Position numbers and translations under genes: made by a program
In this document: piece after piece, positions 1-12,363 of the stretch
How the letters are laid out: each line of letters begins with the position of its first letter
Position numbering within the stretch: the stretch's first letter is position 1
Assembly (NCBI RefSeq): GCF_000143415.4
Contig: NW_003314312.1
Span: 1,377,713 to 1,441,712, forward strand
Length of the DNA: 64,000 nucleotides
From: Selaginella moellendorffii
Lineage: Eukaryota > Plantae > Lycopodiophyta
Reading direction: 5' to 3'
The notes under the pieces: generated by a model
What the model saw: the letters and a program-made list of their open reading frames with translations, nothing else
Told to the model about the DNA's origin: nothing
Database searches by the model: none

Positions 1-1030
1 ACCATCAGAGAACTGCTAAGAAGCGAACAGAATCGTGCTAGAGATGCATTTCCATCTCTCCGAATTTTGTAAGCTTTCCTTCTTTTGTGCTTGGAGTCTT
101 AAGCTCGACGTCCCCACAAGTACCTAAACAACAATTACCTCACCGGAGGAATACCAGCAGAACTTTCGTACTTGCGCAATCTAGAAATCCTGTAAGCTCG
201 ACGCTAGAGTTGTCCTCGCCTGCTGATTCCCCCCGTGGCTATGCAGGTACTTGTCTTACAACAAACTTACAGGTCCGGTACCGGACGCAATCGCAAGCAT
301 CCCGAAGCTAACCTACCTGTGAATTTTTCTCACGCAAAAGCTCGTTTTTCTCGTAGATACCTGGATCACAATGCTTTGAATGGCCGACTGTCGTCAGCCT
401 TCTACAGCCATCCGAGCCTGAAAGAGATGTACGTTGGCTCTTTTGCTTGATCATCGATGTAGTAATATCCAAGCGTTTCTTTTTCCAGGTATATTGAAGG
501 GAACCAATTCAGCTCTTCCGCCAAACCAGTTGGTATACACAGGACAATGGAAGTATCCGATGCCGACTTCATTTTTTAGAAGGAAAGAGTTTTATTCATG
601 CAGTTTCTGGTCCACGATTACGCTAGAAGTTGCCAAGGAGAGATTCAGGGAGATCAGGGAGAATATTACTTTTTCACGTGCTAGTGAGTTCGATTCCCGG
701 TACCAGTCACTTTTCAGCCGTGAAGCGTTTCATGCTGTTATTGTGGTTTGTCTGAGACTGCAGAATGCATCCCTGGACAATCTATCATGCATGAGAAAAG
801 CGTACATGGAATATGAGGAGATTAAGGATGCTAGCCAGCTTCTTAGAAGGATGCCTGAAATGATTCCAGCATAATGCGAGCCGTGATTTCATTGATGTAG
901 TCATGGTACTCTCGATACCGTACTATTACAAACAACTTATAGATTTTGTTGGCATGGATGAAAATTTCCACAAAAGTATGGTGATCCTGCAGCAATTTCA
1001 ACTCTCTTTGAGTTTACACTGAAAACACCA

Positions 1031-1703
1031 ATGACCCTTGCAGGATTTGTGTACTGCTTAACTTGCTTGATCGTTGTATTGTCGTCTCTGGGTGTTGCTA
1101 TTGATCCGTTTGAGACGGTGATTCCCGACTGGGTCGATTTGTTTCATTTCCCGCGACCTTCACTTCGGGTAGCTTACGGATCGCAGAACGTGACCGAAAG
1201 GCAGTTTTCGCCGGCTGAAGTTCTTCTGCAGCCCAAGGTGAGCATCACGAATGCTGGGAATAGAGACCTTTTTACGCTTGTAATGGTATCCTCCCGGTCC
1301 ACAAATTCCCATCTTGAGGAACATTCTGCACTGGATTGTAGTTAATATCCCAGCTCAATCTACCAGTAAGCTCTTATTCCAAAAGAAATCAGGACCGCTT
1401 GAGTACATTTATAATGAATTTGCAGATGCATCAGAGCAAGGAGACCATCTTGCCCCTTACTTATCTCCTACACCAGTTCAGGGAGTCCACCGTTATTATT
1501 TTCTTCTCTTCAGACAGGTGAGAAAGACTTTGAGGAGTCCTCACATGACTTGAACATTGTGATTGCAGAAGAAACAAATTCATGCTGGAAGTCTGGCTGG
1601 AAGTCTTATCAGGACTCTCTTCAGTGTCCGTGTGTTCACAGAGAATTATGATTTGGGTTATCCTGTAGATGGAGTCTTCTTCACCTCCAGAGTGATTATA
1701 TAA
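1031..1703 (+). pseudogene. PEBP (phosphatidylethanolamine-binding, FT/TFL1/MFT/RKIP fold) gene with hydrophobic N-terminus; frameshifted near 1285
   Basis: Pieces read LFTLVM / PPGPQIPILRNILHWIVVNIP / YLSPTPVQGVHRYYFLLFRQ / FTENYDLGYPVDGVFF, stop at 1701-1703. GT-AG introns at about 1366-1425 and 1518-1568. The expected DPD motif is missing and the frame shifts right after LVM. Confidence 0.8.
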
Positions 1704-2337
1704 CTGATGAACTCGTATGAATAAATTGAGTAGACATGATCCCAATATCCTCTCCTCCATTGCAAGCATATATGACTTTCCATCCTCCACCTACCTTGAG
1801 TCATAAGATCGTCACTTAAAGTTAACTATATCAAGAATGTGGGTGGAAATTATCAGCTCACGCTCGCTTCACCATAGCACCCAGATTGAAATTTTTTCTT
1901 TCTTTTATTTATTGTGTTTCAGAATATTCTCAGAATATTATTAATGTATGGCTGGGAAAAATTTAATAATTTCTTCTTCCTATGGATTCCCGTGAATGAT
2001 CTCCTTGTCGTGAGTGTCTGGGAGGATCCAAGTTGTACATGCATACTCCACGTTCAAGAGTGAGCCTGGAAATTGCTGAAGAAGGGCGTGTTGTTACCAG
2101 TTCAGCTGCGGCTATCGACCTTGTTGAGTCGGAGAGGGTCGGTCTTGGGATTAGCGAGGATGAATTGGTTTGGTTCCTTAAAGTCTTTCCACTTAGGTCT
2201 CTCCTCGAGCAGCTTACCACACTAATAGCAAGGTATATACTATAGTCTAAGCATTCTCACACGGGAATGCCTAGAAACTCTCAGCTTGCTTACACCACAA
2301 GCTGCTAGAATTTTATGAGAAAGGTGGTACAAGATTG

Positions 2338-2776
2338 ATCACAAGGATAAAGTACATCAGTGCCATGGCTAAGGATTTTATTGTTGTGACTGAGTCATCA
2401 AAGGGTATGAGCTACACTATCAGAATCTACGAAAATCCATCTTGTACCTATTCAGATTTTACACAAAAGGAGAACAGAGGAAAGGTATATTTAGCCTGCA
2501 AGCATATCTATTACATTTTTATGCAGAAACCAAACCAAGATCCTAAGATCAACCATCACATCCACCAGACAAGCCTTACAATTGCAGAGTTTGATAAGTG
2601 TTTCTAGATTACTTTTAGTGTTCAGATTTATATTTATATTTGTATTTTTTTGGTTGAATTTACTTGGAAATATAAATTAAATCAAAATTTGAAAAATGAA
2701 AAGATGTTGGTTTGGGACAAACCAATGTTTTTCTTGTGTTTGAGAAGCCATGAGCTCATGAGCTCAAAACCTACCC
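2338..2776 (+). mobile_element. 3' terminal fragment of the MULE-like family (SWIM finger plus terminus)
   Basis: ORF 2335-2607 (PSCTYSDF...ACKHIYYIF) matches 63495-63971. It ends in GAGCTCATGAGCTCAAAACCTACCC, the reverse complement of the ends at 49157 and 63300. Confidence 0.85.
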
Positions 2777-3542
2777 AGGCTCTATGGGTGGTAGACTCCT
2801 TGACTTAGTATCTATGGTTAACAATGAATCTTGCTCACCAGAAAAAGTAATATAATAATCTAGCTTGTGTAGAAGGCATGAAAAATGTTTGCAGACCCTA
2901 GGCACTATATAGAAGATTGCTGGTTGTTGTCTTTGACTAGAATGAGTGCAAACCAACATAAAGTGTCCAATATGCAATAAATGCTAAATCTTGGAAAATG
3001 CAATGCACTAAAGAACTTCAATTCGTATGAGAAGAAAGTACCCAAATGGGATAGCCCCAAATAAAAGAGTATCCTAATGTATACTTCCCCTGCTAATTCC
3101 TCATAAAAAAAAAAGAAATCTAGCAAAAAAAGGGGGAAAAGACACAAAAGATGTTATGGAAATCACTTGGTAGGGATGTCACTCAAAAAAAATGGAGAAA
3201 AGAAAAGAAAAGAAATCAAACTCCAACACTCAAAACAAAATGCTTCAAGGGAAATACATTTTCATAGAAATCTCTTGACTTTGCCCACTAAACTGAGTGT
3301 CATTGAAAAGACTAGACTCAAACAAGAAAAAAAGACAAAAATTATGGGCTAAGATGTCAAAATATCTAAGAAAAATCAAGTCAAACATCAAATTCTAAGC
3401 AAAGAGAAGGAGAATGGGGTGGAACTCTATACTCAAGCCTCTCATAAGCTTATATACAAGGATGAAAGAATATTCTAAGGACATGGAATATTTTATATCT
3501 AAACTGTGACGCGAGGAGAAAGTAGTGAACCACAACAGTATG

Positions 3543-3775
3543 TGTTATGATCCAGCACAAAAAGACAGAAATCTAATTGCCCTAGACTATGCTACGCCAC
3601 CTCTTGAGGTTCCTCACCACCCAACCACCCCCAAGCTACCTCAAAAGTTCCATTGCGCCGCCGTTCCACTATGAACCCTAGGGTAGGTTAAGTCCCTTAC
3701 CCTAACATGCTTTAATATACCCTTGAGCCTCCCTTTGACCGATGTTGACCACGTAGTCAAAGCTGGCACCTAACA
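3543..3775 (-). repeat. 3' LTR of gypsy element
   Basis: TGTTATGATCCAG...GGCACCTAACA, a direct repeat of 8208-8420. Confidence 0.92.
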
Positions 3776-6700
3776 ATTCGTCCCCCCTCAACAAAGTTCT
3801 TGTCCCAAGGACGAGTTGTACCGGTGATCACCCTTTCTGGGGAACTCTGCTCAAGCTCTTGGTCCATCTTCCACAGCCGTATACATCAAGGAGGCATTGG
3901 GCCCATCACTCTGAGATAGTACACCTTTCAACTGGCTGACATAAAATACCGGATGAATTTTCACCCCAGCTGGCAGCCGCACCCAATGAGCCGCTTTACC
4001 AATGCGCTCCAGCACTTCATATGGACCAGCATATTGATGGGAAAGTTTATCACTCTTCCCTGTCTGTAAAGGCACCAAGGTGTTTTGCTGCTCACTTGAC
4101 GGAAAGATCACTCACACAAAGATGAGATCGCCCACCTTATATTCCCGGAATTGGCGATGCTCATTGGCAAACTTCTCCGCTCTATCCTGAGCTGCTTGCA
4201 AATTCCGTTTGTACACCACCAAGATCTCATCAAGTTCTGTGGCCAGATCAGTTGCCTCGGAATCAAGCTTATCTTGAACGTCCTTACTCAAATGCAATCC
4301 CAACTCCATTGCTGTTCGAGGATGCCTTCCAAACATGGCAAAGTAAGGACTTAGTTTGGTTCCACTGTGTTGGCTATTGTTGTAAGCAAATTGCACCAAC
4401 GGAAGATATAAATCCCACTATCCTTGCCTTTGACCAATGCTACAACGTAGCATATCCTCCACCACCTGATTCACACGCTCGGTTTGCCCATCTGTCTGAG
4501 GATGATCTCCACTCGAGAGTTTCAAAGTCACTTGCATAGCCTTTGCAAAGCTTTTCCAAAATCCACTGGTGAACTTTGAATTTCGATCACTAATGATGTC
4601 CTCTGGCAAACCAAAATCAGGAAAAACCTTCTCCAAGTAAACCGCAGCCAAGTCTGAGGCAGTGTCAGTATTCCGAAGAGCCAACAACCGCACATACTTC
4701 ATCAACCGATCCACTATGACCCATACTTGCTCCTTTTGCCTCTGTGTTCGTGGCAAATAAGTGATGAAGTCCATAGAGATACTACACCAACGGCTCTGAG
4801 GAATAGGTAAAGGTTGCAAAAGTCCCCCCGGCTTCTCCCGTGGCACCTTAACCCGCTGACAAAGCTCGCATGATTTACAATACTTAAGGATATCAGCCTT
4901 CATATTCCTCCAATAAAAGTTGCACTTAATCAACTCATACGTCTTCTTCCCCCCAAAATGACCGGCCTTTGGACGATCATGATAGTGGAATAAAACTTGA
5001 GTAATTAATGCATCCACCCGTGGCAAATATACACAGCCATTGTAGTAGAGAATCCCATCCACCAATGAGAAAGGAGCTTCCATCTGGTCTCGCAAAGAGG
5101 CCACCTCAGCATCCTGAGCCTGAGCATGCTCACCCAACTGTCCAAACTTGCTGACCACCTTACTCAAATGATGACAAAAGCGTGTTTGTAACGTCGTCAC
5201 ATGACGAACACGAGATAAAGCATCTGCCACCACATTCGATTTTCCCGGACGATGCTCAATAGAAAACTCCCCAAACTCCATGAGTTTGACCATCCAACAA
5301 GCTTGCTGAGTGTTCAACTCCTTCTGTGTGAAAAGATACACAAGTGGTTTGTGATCTGTCAACACTACGAACACTGCACCATAAAGATAATGCCACCACA
5401 TCCGTAAAGCATGAACAATAGAGAGTAACTCCTGCTCATATGTGGAATAGCATTGCTCCGCAGAATTCAAAGTTCGATTCTCATATGTAATAGGCTGTCC
5501 CTCTTCCATGAGAACTCCTCCCAGTGCATAACCACTCGCATTGCATGTCACCTCGTAAGGTTTTGATGGATCAGCAATGTGAAGCACTGGAGCCTCGCTC
5601 AATAATCGTTTCAACGCCACAAAACTCTCCTCTTGTGGTGTCTTCCACTTGAATGGCACATTCTTACGTAACAATTGCGTCAAAGGAATAGCCACCTCTG
5701 CAAAATTATGCTAGAAACGTCGGTAGTAACTAGCCATACCAAGAAAACTGCACAATTCAGCCACTGTAGTTGGTGTAGGCTAGTTTTCCACCACAGCCAC
5801 CTTCCTTGGATCTGTCTTGACACCCTTAGATATCACAATATGGCCTAGATATTCCACCTCCGACTTTGCAAATTCACATTTGCTCTTCTTCGCATAAAGT
5901 TTGCTATCTCAAAGTAACAAAAGAACCTTGCGCAAATGCACCCTATGCTCCTCCATATTCTTACTAAAAACAAGAATATCGTCCAAGAAAATCTCCACAA
6001 ACTCATGAAGATAACACCCAAATACCTCCGTCATCAACCGAGTAAATGTGGCCGGTGCATTCGTCAAACTAAACGGCATAACGGTAAACTCAAAATGTCC
6101 GAAGCTTGTGTTGAATGCCGTCTTGAAGATAGATGCATCATCCATTGCAATCTGATGATATCCACTCCTCAGATCAATCTTGGTAAACACTCGTGCTTCA
6201 CCAAGCTTGTCTAGGATATCATCCACACGTGGCATCGGCATCTTGTCCTTCACTGTCTTCTTGTTTAAAGCACGGTAGTTAATACACATCCGCATTGAAC
6301 CATCCTTCTTCTTCACAAGCAAGACCAGAGCACCAAACGGAGACTTACTTGGCTGAATAAATCCAAACTCAAGTAACTCCTTGACTTGTCGTTGAACTTC
6401 TTGCTCCTCCACATAACTTAACCGAAATGGATGCTGGTAAATTGGCCGCGTCCCCGGCTCCAATGTAATCCCATGCTCCACACCTCGTAACGGAGGTAAT
6501 CCATGAGGAAGTTCAGATGGAAAAATATTAGAAAATTTGTCAAGTACATCCTGTACTACTGCTTCTCCCCCACACGTGCCTTGGTCCCCCAAGTCACAAA
6601 CAAACAGCAAGTAACTTGAAAGTGCTTTTCCATTACGACAAGCCCGCTTCAAAGATGTAGCAGAGAGCATAACAAGTAGTGGCTGAACGCCCTCGCCAAA

Positions 6701-8207
6701 CCACACATCTTTAACGCCACCATACTCCAGCGAGATACGCTTAATACTCCACTTTATCTCTGGATCCACCTTCACCAACCATGGCATCCCAAGAATGAGA
6801 TCCACACGATGAATATCCACGAGATAAAAAGTCTCCACAAGTGTGGTTTTGCTAACCAACACTTCCAGCCCCTCGACACAAGCATCGAAATGTTAAGTAG
6901 AGATGGCTGCACCTTCCATTGTGTATGGAAGAACTCCACGTGTGACCAGGCCATGCTCCGCAACAAACTTTGCCGAAACAAAGTTGTCATCACTCCCACT
7001 ATCCAGTAAAATCCGCACTGGATCGCCACAGAACACGCCCTCCAGCATTAAAGCTGATTCATGCATATCCTCAAGCTCCATTTTGTTCCACACACAATTG
7101 AGTTGACGAGCAACGATTGAAAGTCGCTTCCTCCGACCGGAATGGTCATTCTCCTCATCCTCACGCTGCAAAGTTTGCAACTTTTTAGTATCTGACTTAC
7201 TGTGAGAAGAAGATTGGCCATTCTTCTTATCCTGCTGCTTGTTCTTCAACTGCGGACAATCAGCCTTGTAGTGTCCAAGTTCGCCACAATGATGACAACC
7301 TTGTCTATAATTCTTCACAAAGAACTTCTACTTCTTGGACCCCTTTGCATCTGAAGTAGTCACCACCGACTTCAATTTGTGATGCTTGTTCCCATCCTTG
7401 TGTCCATGGCGATTATCACGACGATTCTCGATAGAAGGACTCCGCGAACGCTTGCAAGACTTGTGCTTATCATTGTCAAGTCGACGAGCTGCATCAAAGA
7501 GCTCCTCCAAACTCTTTGTAGGCTGAGAATGACGCAAGTGTTGCCGCATGCTCTCACTATGTAGGCCATCAATGAAGTAGGACTTGTTCTGATCCAGATC
7601 CTTCGTTGGAACACGACTAATCAAGCGAGTAAGCTTCTCAATATAGTCCCCGAGTGTCATTTTCCCTTGCTGGAAATGTCGAAGTTCTGTACGAGCATTC
7701 TCCACGTCGTGATGAGGGGCAAAATGTAAACAGAAAGCAGCCTCAAACTCATCCCTGGTGGTTTCTTATCCGCAACACGGGACTCCTCAAGCCTATTCCA
7801 CCATCGAAGACCCGCATCACGCAAAACCATCAAAATAGCCACTAAAGCCTCTGCATCTGGAGTTCCTCTAGCAGCCAAGAACTTCTTCATATTGGCTAGC
7901 CAAGCAAGACATTCGTCCACACCACCATCACTGGAAAAAGTTGGAATTTTGAGTCGATCTACCAAAGAAGGCTTACTTGGAGCGCTACCCCGTCCAGCCT
8001 CGAGTGCCTCAACATGCCTATGCATGGTATCCATCATGCCATGCATCTCGTCTTGCATCTCTTGCTGATTGCGATTAAGGGCTTGCAGTTCATGAACCAC
8101 ATCTTGAATGGTCCAAATCTCCACAGCTTCGTCAGCACTATCGTCGGCACCACCATCGACAATAGGATTCCAGCGTTCAGCTTGGTCGGTCATCGCAACC
8201 AACTTAA

Positions 8208-8420
8208 TGTTATGATCCAGCGCAAAAAGATAGAAATCTAGTTGCCCTAGACTATACTATGCCACCTCTTGAGGTCCCTCACCACCCAACCACCCCCGAG
8301 CTACCTCAAAAGCTCCACTGCGCCGCCGCTCCACTGTGAACCCTAGGGTAGGTTAAGTCCTTTACCCTAACATGCTTTAATATATGACGTTGACCACATA
8401 GTCAAAGCTGGCACCTAACA
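8208..8420 (-). repeat. 5' LTR of gypsy element
   Basis: Matches 3543-3775 apart from substitutions and a deletion of about 20 bp. Confidence 0.92.
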
Positions 8421-8799
8421 ATATGGAACTTCCCCAATGCCCTACAATCCTTCTTCTTCCAAGCAGCTTTCTCTTCATCTATGGCTTCTTCCCTGTTGTC
8501 ATCATCCATAGACCATGCTCGTCCATGTACAATTTGAAATTTGGTATTCCAGGTATCTTCCCATTGAATTTAGGTGGAGCGGCATCCACTGCCACGTGAC
8601 ATCGACTGAATTGGAAGCCAATGCAGCCCCACCAGTCTGCCCAATTGTCCCAAATGCTATCAAGTCTCCAAGGATTGCTCAGATCCCTTTCCCATTCACT
8701 CTACCTCATACTCATGGGCGAAGAAGAGCTCTGTATACTATGAGACCTAGGATCCTACATGGTGCTGATGTGGAGAGAAAGGATTCACTACAAGCCATA

Positions 8800-8962
8800 G
8801 TCTCCAAGGAGGATGTAGCAAATATCTGATCTTGCAACAACACCTCTTTGGCAAGAAGTGAGCTTGAGATGACAACCGCTGGCACAGTTCCCAGTTTCAT
8901 GAAGAGATTTGGTCCAAACTGCTTGGATAGGGCATGCAATGAGAGGAAGGGAATTCCTGCGA
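8800..8962 (-). pseudogene. P450 N-terminal fragment
   Basis: GIPFLSLHALSKQFGPNLFMKLGTVPAVVISSSLLAKEVL in ORF 8712-9146; there is no downstream P450 sequence. Confidence 0.7.
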
Positions 8963-9223
8963 TTGTGAATGTCGAATTTGTGAAGATTTGAGAAGCAAAT
9001 AGCCCTTGGCATTTATATGCTTGCTTCTTTGAGACTTGTTTGAGAATTCTAGTCAACCACAACTTTGACGAGCAACACACTTGAATTGACTTGATCTTGA
9101 TGCAACAATCTTTCAAGTCACTAAAGATGGACTCATTGACTCCCAATGAAAAACGTTGCTGGTTGTTGATTCTGTTGTTTCAGTGAAAGACGGCCAAGCT
9201 TGACAAGCAAAATAAAAGTTTAA

Positions 9224-10767
9224 TTATATAGGTTTTGGGAGTCTTGAAGAAACAACAACCTCAAGTGGTGTTTCCAACCAGAGAACAGTCCCACTTTGTT
9301 CCTTGAGCTCGTAACAATCCATGCCTTTGCCAGGAACAAAGCTCCAGTCGAAAGAGTGAATCAAGTTAAACAATAGCAATTGAGCAGTCTTCAATCCCAG
9401 TGACATCCCCGGACACATTCTTCGGCCCGCACCAAATGGAAGCAGCTCAAAGTCCTGGCCTTTTACGTCGATCGAGTTCCCAAGGAACCTTTCCGGCTTG
9501 AATTGCAATGCATCCTCCCATACTGCCGGATCTCTTCCAATTGCATAACCATTGACAAATGTGGAAGTTCCTTTGGGAATGTCATAGCCAGCAACCTTGC
9601 ACGCTTCGGTTGACATGTGAATCAGCAGCGGAGCTGGAGGATGAATGCGGAACGCTTCCTTGACAATTGCCTGAAGGTACTCCAGTTTGTCAAAGTCGCT
9701 CTCCGCAACAAGGCGTTCCTTTCCGACAACGGTGTCAATCTCTTCCTGGGCCTTTTGAAGAATAAGTGGATTGTGCATGAGTTCCAACAGCGTCCATTCA
9801 ATCAAACTAGCGCTGGTATCTCCTCCAGATAAAAGCTCCTGCATGATTCGAGATTAGCCAACATTACTAGCGTTGACTTTGTTACCGTGACAATAGCTTT
9901 GACCGATTCCTCTCCCCGGGCTCCTTCGCTTTTCAAGCTTTGCAGCATGATATCCATGAAATCTATGGGCTGCGAGGTCTCGGACTCGAGCCTAGCCTTG
10001 TGATCGTCTAAAATTCTCTGCAAGAACTTGTCTTGTCTCGCATGTATCCTCTTCATCTCTGGGATCTTCCAGTCAATCCGTCTCATGAACGCCGGTACGA
10101 ACTCACTGATGTGGAATTGAAGCATCTGCTCGGTGATTTCAAACACAATGTGCTTGAAATCCTCGGCCTCACTGCTCATCTTAGCCTCATGCTCACCATA
10201 CTCGAAGAAACGCTTGCTCATCAGGATCTGCATGACAACATTGAAGACATATGTTGTCAGGAGGTGCCTCATGTTGATTGGCTTCTGATAGTCAGCCGCA
10301 TTCACAAGCTCAGACAAGACGCCACGCATTTCTCTCGTTCGCACCCCTTGAAACGATTCAATGCGCTTGACAGTAAAGAGCTCTGTAGCGCAAAGCTTCC
10401 TCATTCTTTTCCAGTAGTCGCCATATGGAACAAAACCAATGTCTCGGAAGTTGTAGAAGTTGTACTCCCCCATGATCAAGTATGGCCTCGAGGCAAAATT
10501 TGCATCCTGGATCTTTAGTACCTCTTTCGCTAGCTCCGGACTGGAGATCACCACAGCTGGTACCATTCCCAGGCGTAAAAACACAATCGGTCCATACTTT
10601 GTGGAGAGTGCCTGGAATGAAAGGTGTAGCATTCTTCCCAAGAGATGCAAGTGACCGATAAGAGGCAGCCCCCATGGAGATGGAGGCAAATTAAGCCGAC
10701 GCTTGAAAGATAGCACCAAGAAGAGAAGAGTGATCAACAAAACAACTGCGTATTGAGCAAACTCCAT
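9224..10767 (-). CDS. Cytochrome P450, CYP71 clan (type A), two exons (10767-9886, 9838-9224), about 498 aa, apparently intact
   Basis: Membrane anchor, PPSPWGLPLIGHLHLL, KEAFR (ExxR), PERF and heme motif FGAGRRMCPG. A 47-bp phase-0 GT-AG intron lies before the I-helix. Confidence 0.92.
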
Positions 10768-11430
10768 TACTGATTCAAAGTATCAAACGTGACAGCCTGA
10801 AAGAAGGATGGATCGATGATCTATCGATATAAACATTGGTTGCATCTAACAGTCCATGTGAGTGGCTTTGACTTGATATTTCAACACGTATGTTCTTATT
10901 TTCTTTCTAAACTATTCTGTGCTTAAAACTTAGTGGTCCAAGTTTGACAATTATTAATCAAGATATTTTATGGAGCCGGCAATGTAGAAAAGCAACTTAT
11001 ATCGGTCTCATGCTTGTAAACAATATATGAATGAAGGAATATGTTGAAATGTTCAAGTGTAGTCAGTCTCTTGGAAGACTTGGATTCTAAGGTTCTAGTC
11101 TAAGACTGAGCATAGAATACCGCTGCCATACCCAAGCACCCCACTTCCATATGTGCACCGCGTGAGGAATGACTCGGCTGGGCGAACTACATACATGACA
11201 AAGTGTTCGGTGATCCCGAATTGCGTCAAAAAATTTAACACTCAAGCATTCTCGTGGCTGTTCAAGCATTCTCGTGGCTGTAGTAGTTTGCAAGAATTAA
11301 AATGCCAAATAGCCATGCATATGAAACATTGATTTTCACTTCGTCCGTAGCTAGTTTACATGCGACGCAGCGAACTGCATAGTAAAGGCCACACTACTAA
11401 GAGAAAAATATATGGAAGTACATCAATTTT

Positions 11431-12262
11431 CATATCAGGTTTAATAAATTTTGGATCTGGTTGAGTTTGTTTGAACTTGCCACCACATTTTTTCGGGCCC
11501 AACACGATGATGGTGCGCTTTGGATCCAGAATCCAAGTCCCACGAAACGTGCCTCCACCCAGTAGGGGGTTATCCATGCCATGGTAGCGGCTTCTCGCAT
11601 AGTGGAACACCAGATTCGCTGGGATTGCGCAGGAGAGAACATCCAGGAACTTCAGGAAATCTTTCTTCCCATTCCGGGACGCATTCGCGGCAAAGATATC
11701 GCGGTAAAAGATGAATTCGTCTTCCTTGTCCTGGATCATCCTCCACGTAGTGTTCACGGGGTCCTGAAACGTCTGCACGCTCGGATCGGTGAGCAGCAGC
11801 ACCGCGAAGATTGTTAAACTTATTCTTGTAAAACTCCCTGAGAAACGAGAAGACGTCGTTCACCATCCACATATGATCGAGCATAGCGTTCTGAGCACTG
11901 ATGTAATCCAGGGATTCAACATCCTCATCGTCAAACAAAGCACCCATTACGTAGATGAGTAAGACGTTCTTCCTCCGGTACCTAGAGCTTGTAGTCCTGC
12001 GTCAAGTCGTCACTCAAGATGCTTCTTGCCCAGCCCTCAACAGTGGAAACCGTGAGCTTGAACAGCTCCGGCTTCAACAGAGACCTCAAATCCTTCATCA
12101 GATCGTGGCAGGCTCGATATCCGGCACTTCCGCAAGCGATGCGGTTCCATAGCAGAGGCTATGAACAGTGTCGATATACGATGACGCGAGAGCTCCCCCA
12201 GCAACCTCGTTGTCATCAAATGGATCGTCCAGGAAAGCAGTGAGCCAGGCAAACTTCGCCTG
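11431..12262 (-). pseudogene. Microbial terpene synthase-like (MTPSL) pseudogene, 5'-truncated and frameshifted
   Basis: FLDDPFDDNE and NDVFSFLRE motifs are split over ORFs 12037-12252, 11570-11947 and 11356-11802. Paralogue of 40357-41467. Confidence 0.88.
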
Positions 12263-12363
12263 CTTCGCTTCGAATAACTATTGATGGTTCAAGCCTTGAG
12301 ACTGGTTGTTGCTCAGCGGTTTATAAAATGATATCAATGTGGCGTAATTCCTAATCAATCGAC

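Larger units (their letters stand above)
3543..8420 (-). mobile_element. Ty3/gypsy LTR retrotransposon, near full length, with nonsense mutations
   Basis: Order on minus strand: gag (CHHCGELGHYKADC), protease (LLDSGS), RT (FLDD), RNase H, integrase (HPQTDGQTER, GPY). Paired TG...CA LTRs, polypurine tract at 3776-3790, 5-bp TSD GTATG/ATATG with one mismatch. Confidence 0.95.

Noticed and set aside
434-874. 146-aa ORF and other short ORFs at 87-450
   Set aside because: Non-ATG starts and no recognisable motif; no product can be supported.
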